Positions 25,906 through 39,934 are shown, numbered from the stretch's first letter. The stretch is DNA of 64,000 bases from Felis catus (GCF_018350175.1 NC_058368.1:189908001-189972000), one strand, 5' to 3'. Notes: generated by a model not told the origin, from the sequence alone. Translations and numbers: made by a program.

Positions 25906-27313
25906 TTTACATACTTTATCTACAGCTTGAAACATTAGAGCTCTGCCCTTCCCACAAGTCTTCCCTATTCACTGACAGTTTATAGAGATGACTGGATGAT
26001 GCAGACTTTAACTTCCTGCTTAACCACTGGAATTTTGACATTTAAGACATCTTCATTATAGTATGATGTAATTATGCCTCTTTTTTTTTTTTTTTTAACC
26101 TCAGACCAAAACAGTGCCTGGCATATGTTCGTTGCTTAGTGAATATTGAATTAAAGGAATGCATGACTTATCATCTCATGCCTCATACCTCTTTTTTTAT
26201 AGAAATATCTTTGGTAAAAAAGAACATTTCATATCAGCTAAAAGATGAGTCCCTTCCTTCTTCAGTAGCTGAAGTAATATTAGTTGGTCTGTGTAGTTCC
26301 TTTCCTTTCTTTAGGAAGATCCTACTTCTTTAATGAAGACTGAGAGCTTCTTATACTAGCTATGGGGGAAAGAAACCTGTGTCAGAGGTAGATTTTAGGA
26401 GCAGATGTCTTGAGTGCAGTGACAATTAATAAAACTTTTGAAAGATTTTACGCATCAGCCCAGCTTCATAGTTGTTTAGAGAAGGGAGTTCTCTTTATAC
26501 TAGATCAGTGGTAGAAGTGCTGTCAGTTATAGACTTATTTGTTAGTTGTTGTTGTTGTTTTCATCTAGTCATACCTTTCTTAACTATTATTAACCAAGTT
26601 CTTTGCCAAATACTGGGATGCAAACATGAATGAAACTGTTCCTTCTCTCAAGCTTCCAGTTTTTTGATTGTGGTAAAGGTGACAGGCAAGCAAATAACAA
26701 AGATTTATACTATTTTGTGATAAGTTATAGATTTACATGTTCTGAGGGAACATGGAAGAGGGAAATTACTTTATGCTTGATCAATCAGGAAAGGCCTAAG
26801 GCCTGTGCCTCACAGATGGGAGGGTACATAACCCTATCAACTAAGAATCAGGACAGCTTCATTTACACCCTTCTCCTATGTTATCTGTACTTAACTCCTA
26901 TATTATCTGTAACTTAAGTACAGATATATCCCAATTTCTTGCCTGCAATATATCCCTTAATTTCTTGCCTGCAAGTTTAAGAGGAGTATTATATGCCTTA
27001 TCTGGAGAGAAAGAAGAAAGGAAAGGCCTTACCTGGGCAAGACTAAGAGAAGATCTGCATTCCTTTCAGCCTCGCACAAGACAGTTCTAATCATAGAGTT
27101 TGCTCTTGGACTGCATCTTATATATGAACAGAGATCTAACTGCATTGGAATAAACCAGATCATGGGTCTATTGCTATGGCTTCTCTATGTCTTTCTTTGG
27201 AAAAGTTTAGTTTATTTCAGCTAAATGTGTCATTTAAATAACTCAGAAACTCAATTAGTCCTCTCCTGTTCAAGAACATGATTGTTTTATCTACCTTTAA
27301 AAATCCTGCCATA

Positions 27314-27499
27314 AAAAAAAAAAAAGAGGTTAGAGTGGGAGAGAGCCAAAGCATAAGAGACTGTTAAAAACTGAGAACAAACTGAGGGTTGATGGGGGGT
27401 GGGAGGGTGGGTGATGGGTATTGAGGAGGGCACCTTTTGGGATGAGCACTGGGTGTTGTATGGAAACCAATTTGACAATAAATTTCATATATTGAAAAA
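27314..27499 (+). mobile_element. Young, heavily 5'-truncated felid L1 3' end in intron 3
   Basis: L1 3'UTR with AATAAA 27477-27482 and A tail. TSD AAAAATCCTGCCATA at 27299-27313 and 27500-27514, at a TT/AAAA site. Confidence 0.92.
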
Positions 27500-27999
27500 A
27501 AAAATCCTGCCATATCCATCATGCTTTGCTGCAATAATATTCCTTTCCTATCTGCCACAAATTGTTGATCTGTGGCGAGTCTTCTTCTCACCTGGGCATT
27601 TCCTTCTGTATCCACATTGAATGCAATAAAGCAAAATAATTTTACTGATTGCTTATTTTTTCAATTAAAACATTAAATGTTATTCATAATTTAGTTTAAT
27701 ATAGAGAAGTATATGACATAGGAGAGAAATGATGCATACCGCTGCCCTGAAACCTCAAATAATATTTAAAATAAAGTTAACATATTTAGACAGTAGAAAA
27801 TTCAAATGGTATTGATAGATATAAAATGAAAGTCTAGCTTTTTTTTCTGCACCACTGCCCTGTCCCTTTCCCCAGATGATTGTTCCTTACAAGTAACCGT
27901 ATTATTAGTTTCAGTAGTTTCATATTATTTTTTAACAAAAGATTTATATATACATATTAGCATTTGTGTGTATTTGTCTTTCACTCAAACACTCAATAA

Positions 28000-28170
28000 T
28001 TTTGTTCATTTATTTATTCATTCAAAAGTATTTGTGGAGGGCCTATTCTGTGCCAGCTAGAATTTTGAGCCCTGGGGATACAGCAGTGAGCAAAACAAAA
28101 GGTTTGTCTTCTCATGGCACGTAGAATCTAGGTGGGAAAGAGAGACAAAAAATGTAAAATAGGTAAACAA
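28000..28170 (-). mobile_element. L2 3' end
   Basis: ttcatttatttattcattcaaaagtatttg...gtgccag...ctggggatacagcagtgagcaaaac. Confidence 0.7.
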
Positions 28171-28346
28171 AATGACTTTGATTTGTTTAAAATACTATAC
28201 AGGAAATAGACTGGTTTGATGTGGTGATGTTGTTAGGTAAGCTGGTTAGTGAAGGCTTCTGGTTGTACAGTTTATTAAATTCTGAAAAAAGAAAGACATG
28301 GAGCAATTCAGTTAATGCTAGACCTATGCTGTTTTTATTTCTAAAG

Positions 28347-28839
28347 GCGACGCCACACCTGCCATCCAGCTGCCCACACCTGCAGTCCAGCACCCAAGCC
28401 CCATCTCACTTTTCCAGCCCACTGTCTCCAGTACTGCCCAGGTGGCTGTCCAGGCTCCAAGTCTGCCCCTCCGACCAGCACTCCCACCCCAGCGCTTCGC
28501 TGGGCCCTCCCAGACAGACACTCATCGGCTACATTCTGGAGCCAATCGCTCTGTGAAGAGACCCACTCCTGTCTCTCTGGAGAACACCAACAGGATTCCA
28601 ACAAGTGCAAGTACTGCCCATGCCAGATTTGCAACCTCAACCATCCAGCCTCCCAAGGAGTATCCCAGCGTTTCCACTTGTCCCAGAAGTGCTCCAATCC
28701 CCCAGGCTCCTCCTATTCCACACTCACATGTTTACCAGGCTTCTCCCCTTGGTCATCCAGCCACATTGTTTGGGACACCACCGCGATTCTCTTTTCATCA
28801 CCCTTACTTCCTACCTGGACCTCACTACTTCCCATCAAG
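28347..28839 (+). CDS. SOX30: SOX30 exon 4 (493 nt; Pro/Ser/Thr-rich)
   Basis: Acceptor ...tttttatttctaaag|GC. Encodes GDATPAIQLPTPAVQ...HHPYFLPGPHYFPS, in frame with ORF 28442-28843. Donor AAG|GTAAAT, phase 2. Confidence 0.95.
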
Positions 28840-29153
28840 GTAAATGAACATTTTTTTTCTTTCACCTAAAGATACATATAGCTAACAAATTTTTAGTAAA
28901 AAAAAGGGACTTCCTCAATTCTGGTTGGAATCTGATTTAGATTAGAGGCTGAGTAGGGGCCAAGCAGTCAACATAAATATATGAGGGAGGATAGATGAGG
29001 ACTAAGGGAGCAAAAGAGAATTCATGCCCCATCTAATAGGATAGCTGTTACTCAGCTTTAGCTGACTGTTGCCACAAGATAATATGGGCTCCAATGTTAT
29101 CAGATCTGATTTTTCAGAAAAAATCAGTGATAAGGGTTTTTAAGATCATTTAG

Positions 29154-29909
29154 GAGTACTGATGCATAGGGGCACTTGTACCCCAATGTTTATAGCAGCA
29201 CTCTCAACAATAGCCAAATTATGGAAAGAGCCTAAATGTCCATCAACTGATGAATGGATAAAGAAATTGTGGTTTAGGGGCGCCTGGGTGGCGCAGTCGG
29301 TTGAGCGTCCAACTTCAGCCAGGTCACGATCTCGCGGTCCGTGAGTTCGAGCCCCATGTCGGGCTCTGGGCTGATGGCTCGGAGCCTGGAGCCTGTTTCC
29401 AATTCTGTGTCTCCCTCTCTCTCTGCCCCTCCCCCATTCATGCTCTGTCTCTCTCTGTCCCCAAAATAAATAAAAAACGTTGAAAAAAAATTTAAAAAAA
29501 AAAAAGAAATTGTGGTTTATATACACAATGGAGTACTACAGGGCAATGAGAAAGAACGAAATATGGCCCTTTGTAGCAACGTGGATGGAACTGGAGAGTG
29601 TGATGCTAAGTAAAATAAGCCATACAGAGAAAGACAGATACCATATGTTTTCACTCTTATGTGGATCCTGAGAAACTTGACAGAAACTCATGGGGGAGGG
29701 GAAGGAAAAAAAAAAAAAAAGAGGTTAGACTGGGAGAGAGCCAAAGCATGAGAGACTCTTAAAAACTGAGAACAAACTGAGGGTTGATGGGGGGTGGGAG
29801 GGAGGGGAGGATGGGTGATGGATATTGGTGAGGGCACCTTTTGGGATGAGCACTGGGTGTTGTATGGAAACCATTTTGACAATAAATTTCATATATTGAA
29901 AAAAAAAAA
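29154..29909 (+). mobile_element. Young 5'-truncated felid L1 in intron 4, containing a young SINE at 29277-29502
   Basis: ORF2 C-terminus ([30 protein letters not shown]...WMELESVMLS) plus 3'UTR. TSD AAGATCATTTAG at 29142-29153 and 29910-29921. SINE TSD AAAGAAATTGTGGTTTA at 29260-29276 and 29503-29519. Confidence 0.93.
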
Positions 29910-29959
29910 AAGATCATTTAGTTACCCTCCCACTCCCAAAGCACACCTTACTGTATAGA

Positions 29960-30146
29960 GCTGTGCTTCTCAAACTTTTATATGTATATCAGTCACATGT
30001 GATCTTGCTAAAATGCAGATTCTGAGTCAGTAGGTCTAGGATAGAGCAGTCTAAAGATATAGTAGGCCTGATATTCTGCATTTCTTACAAGCTCCTAAGT
30101 GATGTGAGTTCTGTTAGTTTGTAGACTACATTTTGAGGAGCAATGA
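29960..30146. mobile_element. MER5A-like hAT MITE
   Basis: gtgcttctcaaactt...aaaatgcagattctgagtcagtaggtct...tctgcatttcttacaagctc...tttgaggagc. Confidence 0.75.
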
Positions 30147-30254
30147 TATAGAGGAGAGTGCTTGGTTTGTGAGGTTAAATGACTGGTCTAAAGTTACACT
30201 GTGTTTTTTTTTAACCAAAAAATTTCCCGTATAAATTATCAGTAAAAGAAGTGA

Positions 30255-30481
30255 TTTTATTTTATTTATTATTTAAAAAAATTTTTAATGCTTATTTATT
30301 TTTGAGAAAGAGAGAGAGCAAGTAGGGGAGGGACAGAGAGAGAGGGAGACACAGAATTCAAAGCAGGATCCAGGCTCTGAGCTGTCATCACAGAGCCCAA
30401 CACAGGGATTGAACCCATGAACCACAAGATCGTCACCTGAGCCCAAATCAGACACAACTGACTGAGCCACCCAGGCTCCCC
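30255..30481 (-). mobile_element. Can-SINE
   Basis: Reverse SINE with TSD-like gaagtgatttt on both sides. Confidence 0.9.
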
Positions 30482-32929
30482 TAGGAAGTGATTTTCATAG
30501 GGAAGTATCTAGGGAAAACAAATTTGTAACTTTTCATTTTGGAGCCATGGAATTTAGCTCCTTTGCAAACATTGTAATAGAGTGTAACTTCTACTTTTCA
30601 ATTGCTGTTAAGTGTATAAACAGAGATAGTTTCTATTGAAATTGGAGTGTTACATATCTAACACCAGTCTTTTATTGTTACTTATTTAGGAAGGTAAAAT
30701 TACTTCCCATTTAGGTATACCAATAGCTCAAAGAACTTTTCAGGTGTATATTATGTTGCTTCAATTCTTAATGGGATTGCTGGCTTTAAGTCCTTAGCCC
30801 AGTTTGCCACAATTGTCCCCCATTTTGTAATTTACTGATGGTCAAGGGGACGGTGGCCCATGTGACTTTCTGATATTAGAAGAGGCAATATGGACCTTTT
30901 TTCTCAAAGCATTATGATTGTGCATTTTGACCTGTTTGGTGTTTCCTGAAGAATTGGTTTAAGGGCTTACTTTTGTTTTACTAACCTCATAACACTTTCA
31001 GGGTTTGAATGGTCTTTCAAGTGGTGTTGTGGAAAATATTTAAAAGCATATACTATCCACAATTTCCTGGAGCAAGGGACAACAGATGATGCAAGCAGCA
31101 TACAGACTGAAAAGCCTAGAATAGACTGGGAAGGGAGATACACAGGGGAATAAGAGCTTTGAGAAGCTCCCACATATATTGGGGAACCCAGAATGGCACA
31201 CACATGTCCTGGGCTAGCCACATATTCAGCAAACACCTGAGAAGACGGTAAGCTTTTACCCATGACTGATCTTTAGACTCTATATAAGTAGGAAATCAAG
31301 TCTAAGAAAAAATTGTGAACAGCTTGGTTAAGCACTGAAGGAGTGCCCCAACTTAGAACCAGTCTACAAAGATTGGGAGGCTATTTATTGCTTTGTTTTG
31401 CTTTGCTTTGTTTTGGCTCTACATGTTTAAAGAAATCTCTGCCAAATCACTAGGTGATCACTAAGCTAGAGGAACAGACTCAATAATCACACATGGCAAA
31501 GAATGAAATCTAAACAAAAAAGTTTAGAAAGGTCACCAATGAAGCACACAAGTACAACCCCAAAGAAGCAACAATATCATACCCTGGGTGGGGGAGAAAT
31601 CTGATTTTTGGAAATACTACATGATAATACTCAAAAGGTCCAGTTTTCACCAAAAAAGTATTAAAAGCATGCCAAGAAACAAGATGGTATGGTATTTACA
31701 AGAAAAATGAACAGAAACTATTCCTAAGGAAGCCTTGACATTGGATTTATTAGACAAAGACTTTAAATCAACTTTCTTGAGCTAAAGGAGATAAAGGAAA
31801 CTGTGGGCAGAAATCTAAATGAAACCAGGAGAATGGAGTATCACCAAATAGAGAACATCAATAAAGATACAGAAATTAAAAAAAGGGACCAAATGGAAAT
31901 CCTGGAACTTAAAATTACAGTAAATGAATGAAAAATTCATTATGGAGATTCAACAGCAGATTTGAGCACGCAGAAGAATTAGTGAATCTGAAGCTAGGTC
32001 AGTGGAATCATCCAGTCTGAGAAGCAGAAAGAAAAAATAGTGAAGAACCTAAAAGACCTGGGAGATACCATTAGTTGTACTAACATAATCATCAGGGGAG
32101 TTCCAGGAGAAGGGGTGAGAAAAGAAAGGGCAGAAAGAATATTTAAAGAAATAATGGTCCAAAATGATCCAAATTTGAAGGAAGATGTGAGTCCAAGAAG
32201 TTCAATGAATATTAAATAGGATAAATTCAAAGAGATCCACACTAAAATACATTATGATCAAACCATTAAATGCCAAAAAATAAAGAGATAATCTTGAGAG
32301 CAACAAGAGGAAAGTGACTTATCTCATATAGGAGATTCTCAATAAGGCTAACAGCCAATTTCTCACCAGAAACCATGGAGGCCAGAAGGCCAGATGCATA
32401 GTGCTGAAAGAAAAAAAAGAAACATCAATTAAGAATTCTATAATTGACAAAATATCCTTAAAAAATAAAGGAGAAATAAAAACTTTCAGAGATAAAAGTT
32501 GAGGAAGTTCATAACTAGTTGACATGTCCTACAAGAAATGCTAAAGGGAGAACTTCAGACTGAAATGAAAAGACACTAGACAGTTACTTAAAGCCAAACA
32601 AAGAAATAAAGAACCCTGGTAAAGGTTACCACATAAGTAGGTACAAAAGCCAGTATTATTATATTTTTGGTTAGTAACTTCTCTTTGTTTTATATATTAT
32701 TTAAAAGTCAAATGCATAAAACTATTATAAATCTATGTTAATGGATACAAAATGTATAAATATGTAATTTATGACAACAATATAAAGTGGGAGTGATGTT
32801 TTATATAGAGTTTTCATATGCCAATGAAGGCAAATATCAATTTAAACAGATTGTTATCAATTTAGGATTTTAATTGTAATCTACAAGGTAATCATTTAAG
32901 GAAATAACTTTAAAAATACACAAAAAGGA

Positions 32930-33617
32930 GGGGCATCTATGTAGCTCAGTCTGTTCAGGTCCAACTCTCGGTTTGGGCTCAGGTCATATCTTGTGGCTTC
33001 ATGAGTTTGAGCCCCAAGTCAGGCTCTGTGTTAGCAGCATGGAACCTACTTGCGATTCTCTCTCTTCTTCTCTCTCTGCCCATCCCCTACTCACACTGTT
33101 TCTGTCTCTCTCAAAATAAATAATTTTTTTTTTAATTTTTTTTTTCAACGTTTATTTTTATTTTTGGGACAGAGAGAGACAGAGCATGAACAGGGGAGGG
33201 GCAGAGAGAGAGGGAGACACAGAATTGGAAACAGGCTCCAGGCTCTGAGCCATCAGCCCAGAGCCCGACGCGGGGCTCGAACTCACGGACCGCGAGATCG
33301 TGACCTGGCTGAAGTCGGACGCTTAACCGACTGCGCCACCCAGGAGCCCCTCAAAATAAATAATTTTTTAAAAATATTTCTTTTAAATTTTATTTATTTT
33401 TGAGAGAGACAGAGACAGAGCACAAGTGGGGGAGAGGCAGAGAGAGAGGGAGACACAGAATTTGAAGCAGGCTCCAGGCTCTGAGCTGTCAGCACAGAGA
33501 CTGACATGGAGCTTGAACTCACAAACTGTGAGATCATGACATGAACCAAAGTCGGACACTTAACTGACTGAGCCACCCAGGTGCCCCAATAAATAAATTT
33601 TAAAAATAAAATAAAGT
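32930..33617. mobile_element. Triple SINE nest: + SINE from 32930 with two minus SINEs (~33129-33350, ~33377-33587) in its tail
   Basis: TSDs CTCAAAATAAATAATTTTT flank the first minus SINE and AATAAATAA.TTTTAAAAATA flank the second. Confidence 0.88.
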
Positions 33618-34165
33618 AAAAATATACACAAAGGAAATGAGTGAAACAAAATAGTACACTAGAAAAAACCCATTAAATACAAAAGAAGACCTTAATGGAT
33701 AAATTGAGAAACAATAACAAAAGAATGACATATAGAAAGCAAATGGCAAAATGTTACAGTAAGTCCTTTCTGATCAGTAATCACTTTAAATGTAAGTAGA
33801 TTAAACTCTCTAACTAAAAGGCGGAAATTTGCAGAATGGATTAAAAATAGGATCAAAATATATCCTGTTTGCAAAAGACTCACTTTAGATCCAAAGACAC
33901 AAATAGGTTGAAAATGAAAAAATAAAAGAAGATATTCCATACTAATAGTAACCAAAGAGAGCTGGGGTGGCTGTAATAATATCAGACAAAATAGATTTTC
34001 TGTCAAAAATTATTAAGTAGACATTGATAAAAGAATCAATACTTTAAGAAGATACAGTGATTATAATCATATGCATATATAAAAACATGACTCCAAAATA
34101 CATGAAGCCAAAACTGGCAGAATTAAAGGGAGAAATAGATAAATTTACAATAGTTGAAGACTTAC

Positions 34166-36703
34166 TTTATTTTTGAGATATAGTTGATAGATAACATTAT
34201 ATTATTTTCATGTATACAACATGCTTTTTTTTTTTTTTTTGCTTGTGATAAGAAGTTTTAAGATTTATGGGGCACCTGGATGGCTCAGTCGGTTAAGTGA
34301 CCAATTACGGCTCAGGTCACAATCTCACGGTTTGTGGATTCGAGCCCTGCGTCGGGCTCTGTGCTGACAGCTCAGAGCCTGGAGCCTGCTTCTGATTCTG
34401 TGTCTCCCTTTCTCTCTGCCCCTCCCCCTGCTTTCAGTCTGCCTCTCTCTCTCTCAAAAATAAATAAACATTAAAAAAAAATTTTTTTTAAAGAGATTTA
34501 TTCTCTCAGCAACTTTGAAATATACAACTTGACAGTATTATTAACTACTGTCACTATGCTATACATTATGTCTTCAGGACTGACTTATAACTGGAAGTTT
34601 GTAACTTTTGACCACCTTCACCCATTTTTGCTCATTTCTAACCTCCTGTCCTGCCATCTCTGGCAGCTGCCAATCTGTTCTCTGATTCTACATATAAGTG
34701 AGATCATACCATGTTTGTCTTTCTCTGACTTATTTCACTTTGAATAAAGTTCTCAAGCTCCATTCATATTGTCACAGGATTTCTTCCTTTTTTGCAGCTG
34801 AATAATATTCCATTGTGTGTATGGAACTTCTGCTGCAATGAACATGGGGGTGCAGTTATTTTTTCAAGTTAGTATTTTCATTTATTTAAAATAAATACCC
34901 AGAAGCGGAATTGCTGAAACGATGGTAGTTGTATTTTTAATTTTTTGAGGAATGTTCATACTATTTCTCATAGTGGCTACATCAGTTTGCTTTCCCACCA
35001 ACAGTACACAAGAGCTCCCTTTTCCCTACATCCACACTAACATTTGTTATTTTTTGTCTTTTTGATATTGATAGAACCATTTTAACATGTGTGAGGTGGG
35101 GTCTCATTGTGATTTTTATGTGCATTTCCCTGATAATTAGTGATGTTGAGCACCTTATCATGTACCTCTTGGCCATCGGTACGTCTTCTTGGGAAAAATG
35201 TCTGTTCAGATCTTATGCCCATTTTTTTCCTTTTTTTAAGGTTTATTTACTTATTGAAAGAGAGAGAGCAGGAGGAGGGGTAGAGAAAGAGGAGAGAGAG
35301 ATTCCTAAGCATGCTCCACACTGACAGTGGGGGCTTGATCTCATGAACCATGCAATCATGACCTGAGCCAAAATCAAGAATTGGATGCATAATCAACTAA
35401 GCCACCCAGGCACCCCTTGTGCCCATTTTTAATTGAATTGTTGTTGTTGCTGTTGAGTTGTATGAGTTCTTTATATATTTTGCATATTAATTCCTTATCA
35501 TATGTATGAGTTGCAAATATTTTTTCCCATTTGGTAGATAACTGTTACATTTTGTTGATGGTTTCCTTTCTTGTGCAGAAGCTTTTTATTTTGATGTGGT
35601 CCCACTTGTTTATTTTTGCTTTTATTGCTTTGCTTTTGGTGTCAGGCCCAAAAAATCATCAGTAATACTGATGTCAAGGAGCTTACTGTCTATGTGTTCT
35701 TCTAGGAATTTTATGATTTGGGGTCTTATGTTCAAGTCTTTAATTTATTTTGGGTTGCTTTTTATGTGTGGTTTAAGATAGGGGTTTCATTCTTTCCATG
35801 TAGCTGTTCAGTTTTCTTAACACCAGTTGTTGAAGAAATTCTTTTCTTTCTCCATTGTATATTCTTGACTCTTTTGTAAATTAATTGGCCATATATGTGT
35901 GGGTTTATTTCTGGTCTCTGTATAGTTTTCCATTGATCTATGTGTCTGCTTTTGTGTAATGCCATATTGTTTTGATTATTATAGCTTTGTAATATAGTTT
36001 GAAATCAGGGAGTGTAATGCCTCTAATTTTGTTCTTTCTCAAGATTGCTTTGACTATTTGGGGTCTTTTGTGGTTCCATCAAATTTTAGGATTGTTCTAT
36101 AAAAAATGCCATTGGAATTTTGATGGGATTGCATTGAATCTGTAGATTGCTTTGGGTAGTATAGACATTTTAACAATATTATTTCTTTTGATCCATGAGC
36201 ACAGCATATCTTTCCATTTATTTGTGTTTTATTCAATTTCTTTCATCAATGTCTTATATTTTTCAGTGTACAAGTCTACTATCTTTTTGGTTAACTTTAT
36301 CTTTAGGCATTTTATTCTTTTTGAAGCAGTTGTAAAAGGGATTGTTTTCTTAATTCCTTTTTATAATAGTTTATTGTTAAAATATAGAAATGCAAATGAT
36401 TTTTGTGTATAGATTTTGTATCGGGGCACTTTACCTAATTTGTCAATTAGCTCTAACATTTTTTGTTGGAATCATTAGGGTTTTCCATGTATAGTATCAT
36501 GTAAGTGCAAACAGAGACAGTTTTACTTCTTCCTTTCCGGTTTGGATGCCTTTTATTTCTTTTTCTTGCCTGGATGTCTTTTTTTGACTTGGACTTCCAA
36601 TACTATGTTGAATAAAAAAGGCAAGTATTAGCATCTTTGTCTTATTCTTGATCTTAGAGAAAACCTTTCAGCTTTTCAGCATTGAGTATGATGTTAGCTG
36701 TGT
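34166..36703 (-). mobile_element. 5'-truncated L1 (L1MA/early-carnivore type), antisense; SINEs at 34269-~34490 (+) and ~35230-35416 (-)
   Basis: Reverse L1 3'UTR and ORF2 remnants ([36 protein letters not shown]). Confidence 0.88.
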
Positions 36704-36737
36704 ATACTTGAAATAATGAATAGAAGAGCATTCCTCT

Positions 36738-36931
36738 GGGGCACCTTGGTGGCTCAGTCAGTTAAGCATCTGCCATTGGCTCAAGTCATGATCTCATGGT
36801 TCGTGAATTTGAGCCCTGCAGCAGCCTGTCTGTCAGCACAGAGCCTGCTGCAGATTCTCTGTCTCCCTCTCTCTGCCCCTCCCCAACTAGCGCGCTCGCT
36901 CTCTCTCTCTCTCTCTCAATAAATAAATGAA

Positions 36932-36974
<43 letters not shown>

Positions 36975-36988
36975 AAACTTTAAAAAAG
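36738..36988 (+). mobile_element. Can-SINE with (AAAT)n tail
   Basis: SINE head, (CT)n and (AAAT)n. Confidence 0.9.
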
Positions 36989-39799
36989 GCAATTCCTCCA
37001 AAATGAATGAAGATTACAAGGAGATAGAAGACTGTATAATACTGTAAACCAACTAGACATAATGGGCATATATAATGCTTCACCCAACAACAGAATATAG
37101 ATGCTTCACAATTGCACATGGTATGTTATGTAGGATAAATCATATGTTGGGTCACAAAACAAGTCTCAAAAAATTTTTTTAAAGTTTTAAAATTTTACAA
37201 AGTTTCTTCTCCAACCATGATAAAATGAAACTGGTAATAACAGAAAGAAAACCAGAAAATTTAAAAATATATGGAAATTTAACTCTTAAACAACAAATGG
37301 GTCAAATAAGACATCACAAGGGAAATTATAAAATATTTGAGATGAGTGAAAATGAAAACACAGCATCTCAAAACTTCGTGAAAGCAGTACTGACAGAAAT
37401 TATAGCTTCAATGACCTACATTTAAAAAGTAAGCTTTTAAGCAAACAGCATAACTTTAAACCTTAAGGATCCAGAAAAAGAAGAGCAAACAAAACCTAAG
37501 CTCACAAAAGGAAATAAATAATAAAGATTAGAGGTAAATAAAGAATAGGAAAACAAAAGAGACCTTAATGAAGTAGAGAAAAGCAAAATCAATAAAAGTT
37601 AGCTTTTTGAAAAGATCAATAAAATTGCTGAAACTTTAACTAGACTGACTAAGAAAAAAAGAGATAAGACATAAATTACTAAAATCAGATGTGAAATTCA
37701 GTACATTGCTACCAACCTTGCAGAAATAAAAATAACTATACGAGAATACACTGAATAATTGTATTTCTACCTGTCAGATAACCTAAATAAAATGGACAAA
37801 TACATGAATTATCAAAACTGACTCAAGAAGAAATAGCAAATCTGAACAGACCTATATTAAGAGATTGAATCAGTAATCAAAAACTTCCCAGCAAAGAAAA
37901 GCCCTAGGCTAGATAATTTCATTGGTGAATTCTACCAAATGTTTAAAGAGGAATTAACACCAATCCTCAAACTCTTCTAAAAAAATATGAGGGAACACTT
38001 CTAGGGCCAGTATCACTCTGCTACCAAAGCCAGACAAAGATGTCATGAGAAGGAAAATTACAGACCAATATATCTTAACCATATAGATGTAAAATATGTT
38101 CAGTAAAATACTAGCAAACAGAATCCAGCAGCATATGAAAAGGATTACATATCGAGACCAAGTGGGATTTACCCCAGGAATGTAAGTATGGTTCAACATC
38201 TGAAAATCAATCAGTGTAATACACCTCACAAATACAATAAAGGCAGAAAATCACCCTATCATCTCAAATAATGTAGAAAAAGCATTTGATAAAATCCAAC
38301 AATTCCTGATTTCAAAACTTAATGGGAAAACTAGGAATAGAACTTCCTCAGTGTGATAAAGGGCATTTTTGTTCAAAACCTACAGTTAATATTATCATCA
38401 CTGATGAAGGACCAACAGCTTTCCTCCTAAGATTTGGAACCAGAAAAGGATATCTGCTTCCACAATTACTGTTCAACATTGTACTAGAAGTTCTAGCCAG
38501 AGAAATTAAGTGTGTGTGTGTGGGGGGTGGGGGAGAGACATCCAAAATAAAAGAAATAAAATTACTTCTTTTTACACATCATCCTATAAATGGAAAATCC
38601 TGTATTTAGAATATCCCAAAGAATCCACAAAAACTTGTTGGAGCCAGTGAATAATTCAGCAAAGTTGCAGGATAGAATATCAATATACAAAAATCACCTG
38701 AATTTTCTGTACACTAATGAGCAATCCAAAAAGGAAATTAAGAAAACAATTCCACTTACAATAGCATCAAAAAGTGAAATACCTAGGAATAAATCTAACC
38801 ACGGATGTGCAAGACTATCAACTGAAAACTACAAATCATTATTGAATGAAATTAAATATCTAAATAAATCCAAAGGTATTTATGTACATGCATTGGAAGA
38901 CTTAATATTGTTAAGATGACAGTACTTCCCAAAGTGATTTATAGAATCAATACAATCCCTGTCAAAATCCCAATGGCCTTTTTTTGAAGAAATGGAAAAG
39001 CTGATCCTAAAATTTATATGGAATTGTAAGTGACCCAGAATAGTTTTAAAACAATCTTGAGAAAGGAGAACAAAGTTAGAGGAGTGACTTCAAACTTACT
39101 ACAAAGCTACTGTATCAAACAATGTGGTATCAAGAAAATGAAAAGCCATGTCACTGTCTGGGAGAAAATATTTGCAAAAGATGTATCTGATACAGGACTG
39201 GTGTACAAAATATACAAAATATTGAATTCTTAAAACTCAACAATAAGTAAATAACCTGATTAAAAATGGACAAAAGACCTGTGAACAGACGCCTCACCAA
39301 AGAACATATACAGATGGCAGTTAAGCACATGAAAAGATGCTTCACATTATGTATCTTTAGGGAATTAGAAATTTATTTTTATCTATTTACTCATTTTTTA
39401 AGATCAGCCCCATTATGATTTTTTTTATTTAATTAATTTTTAAAAAAATTATATCCAAGTTAGCATATAGTGCAACAATGATTTCAGGAGTAGATTCCTT
39501 AATGCCCCTTACCCCTTTAGCCCATCGCCCCCCCCACAACCCCTCCAGTAACCCTCTGTTTGTTTTCCATATTTAAGAGTCTCTTATGTTTTGTCTCCCT
39601 CCCTGTTTTTATATTATTTTTGCTTCCCTTCCCTTATGTTCATCTGTTTTGTATCTTAAAGACCTCATATGAGTGAAGTCATATGATATTTGTCTTTCTC
39701 TGATTCACTAATTTCGCTTAGCATGATACCCTCTAGTTCCATCCACATAGTTGCAAATGGCAAGATTTCATTCTTCTAGATTGCTGAGTAATACTCCAT

Positions 39800-39873
39800 T
39801 GTATATACATATATATATGTACATATATATATACATATATACATACATATATGTGTGTGTGTGTGTATATATA

Positions 39874-39931
<58 letters not shown>
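39800..39931. repeat. Compound (TA)n/(TG)n/(CA)n microsatellite inside L1 ORF2 C-terminus
   Basis: Directly visible. Confidence 0.95.

Positions 39932-39934
<3 letters not shown>

Noticed and set aside
29106..29127. CTGATTTTT-CAGA-AAAAATCAG inverted repeat
   Set aside because: Short and low-complexity, probably part of an old DNA-transposon remnant.
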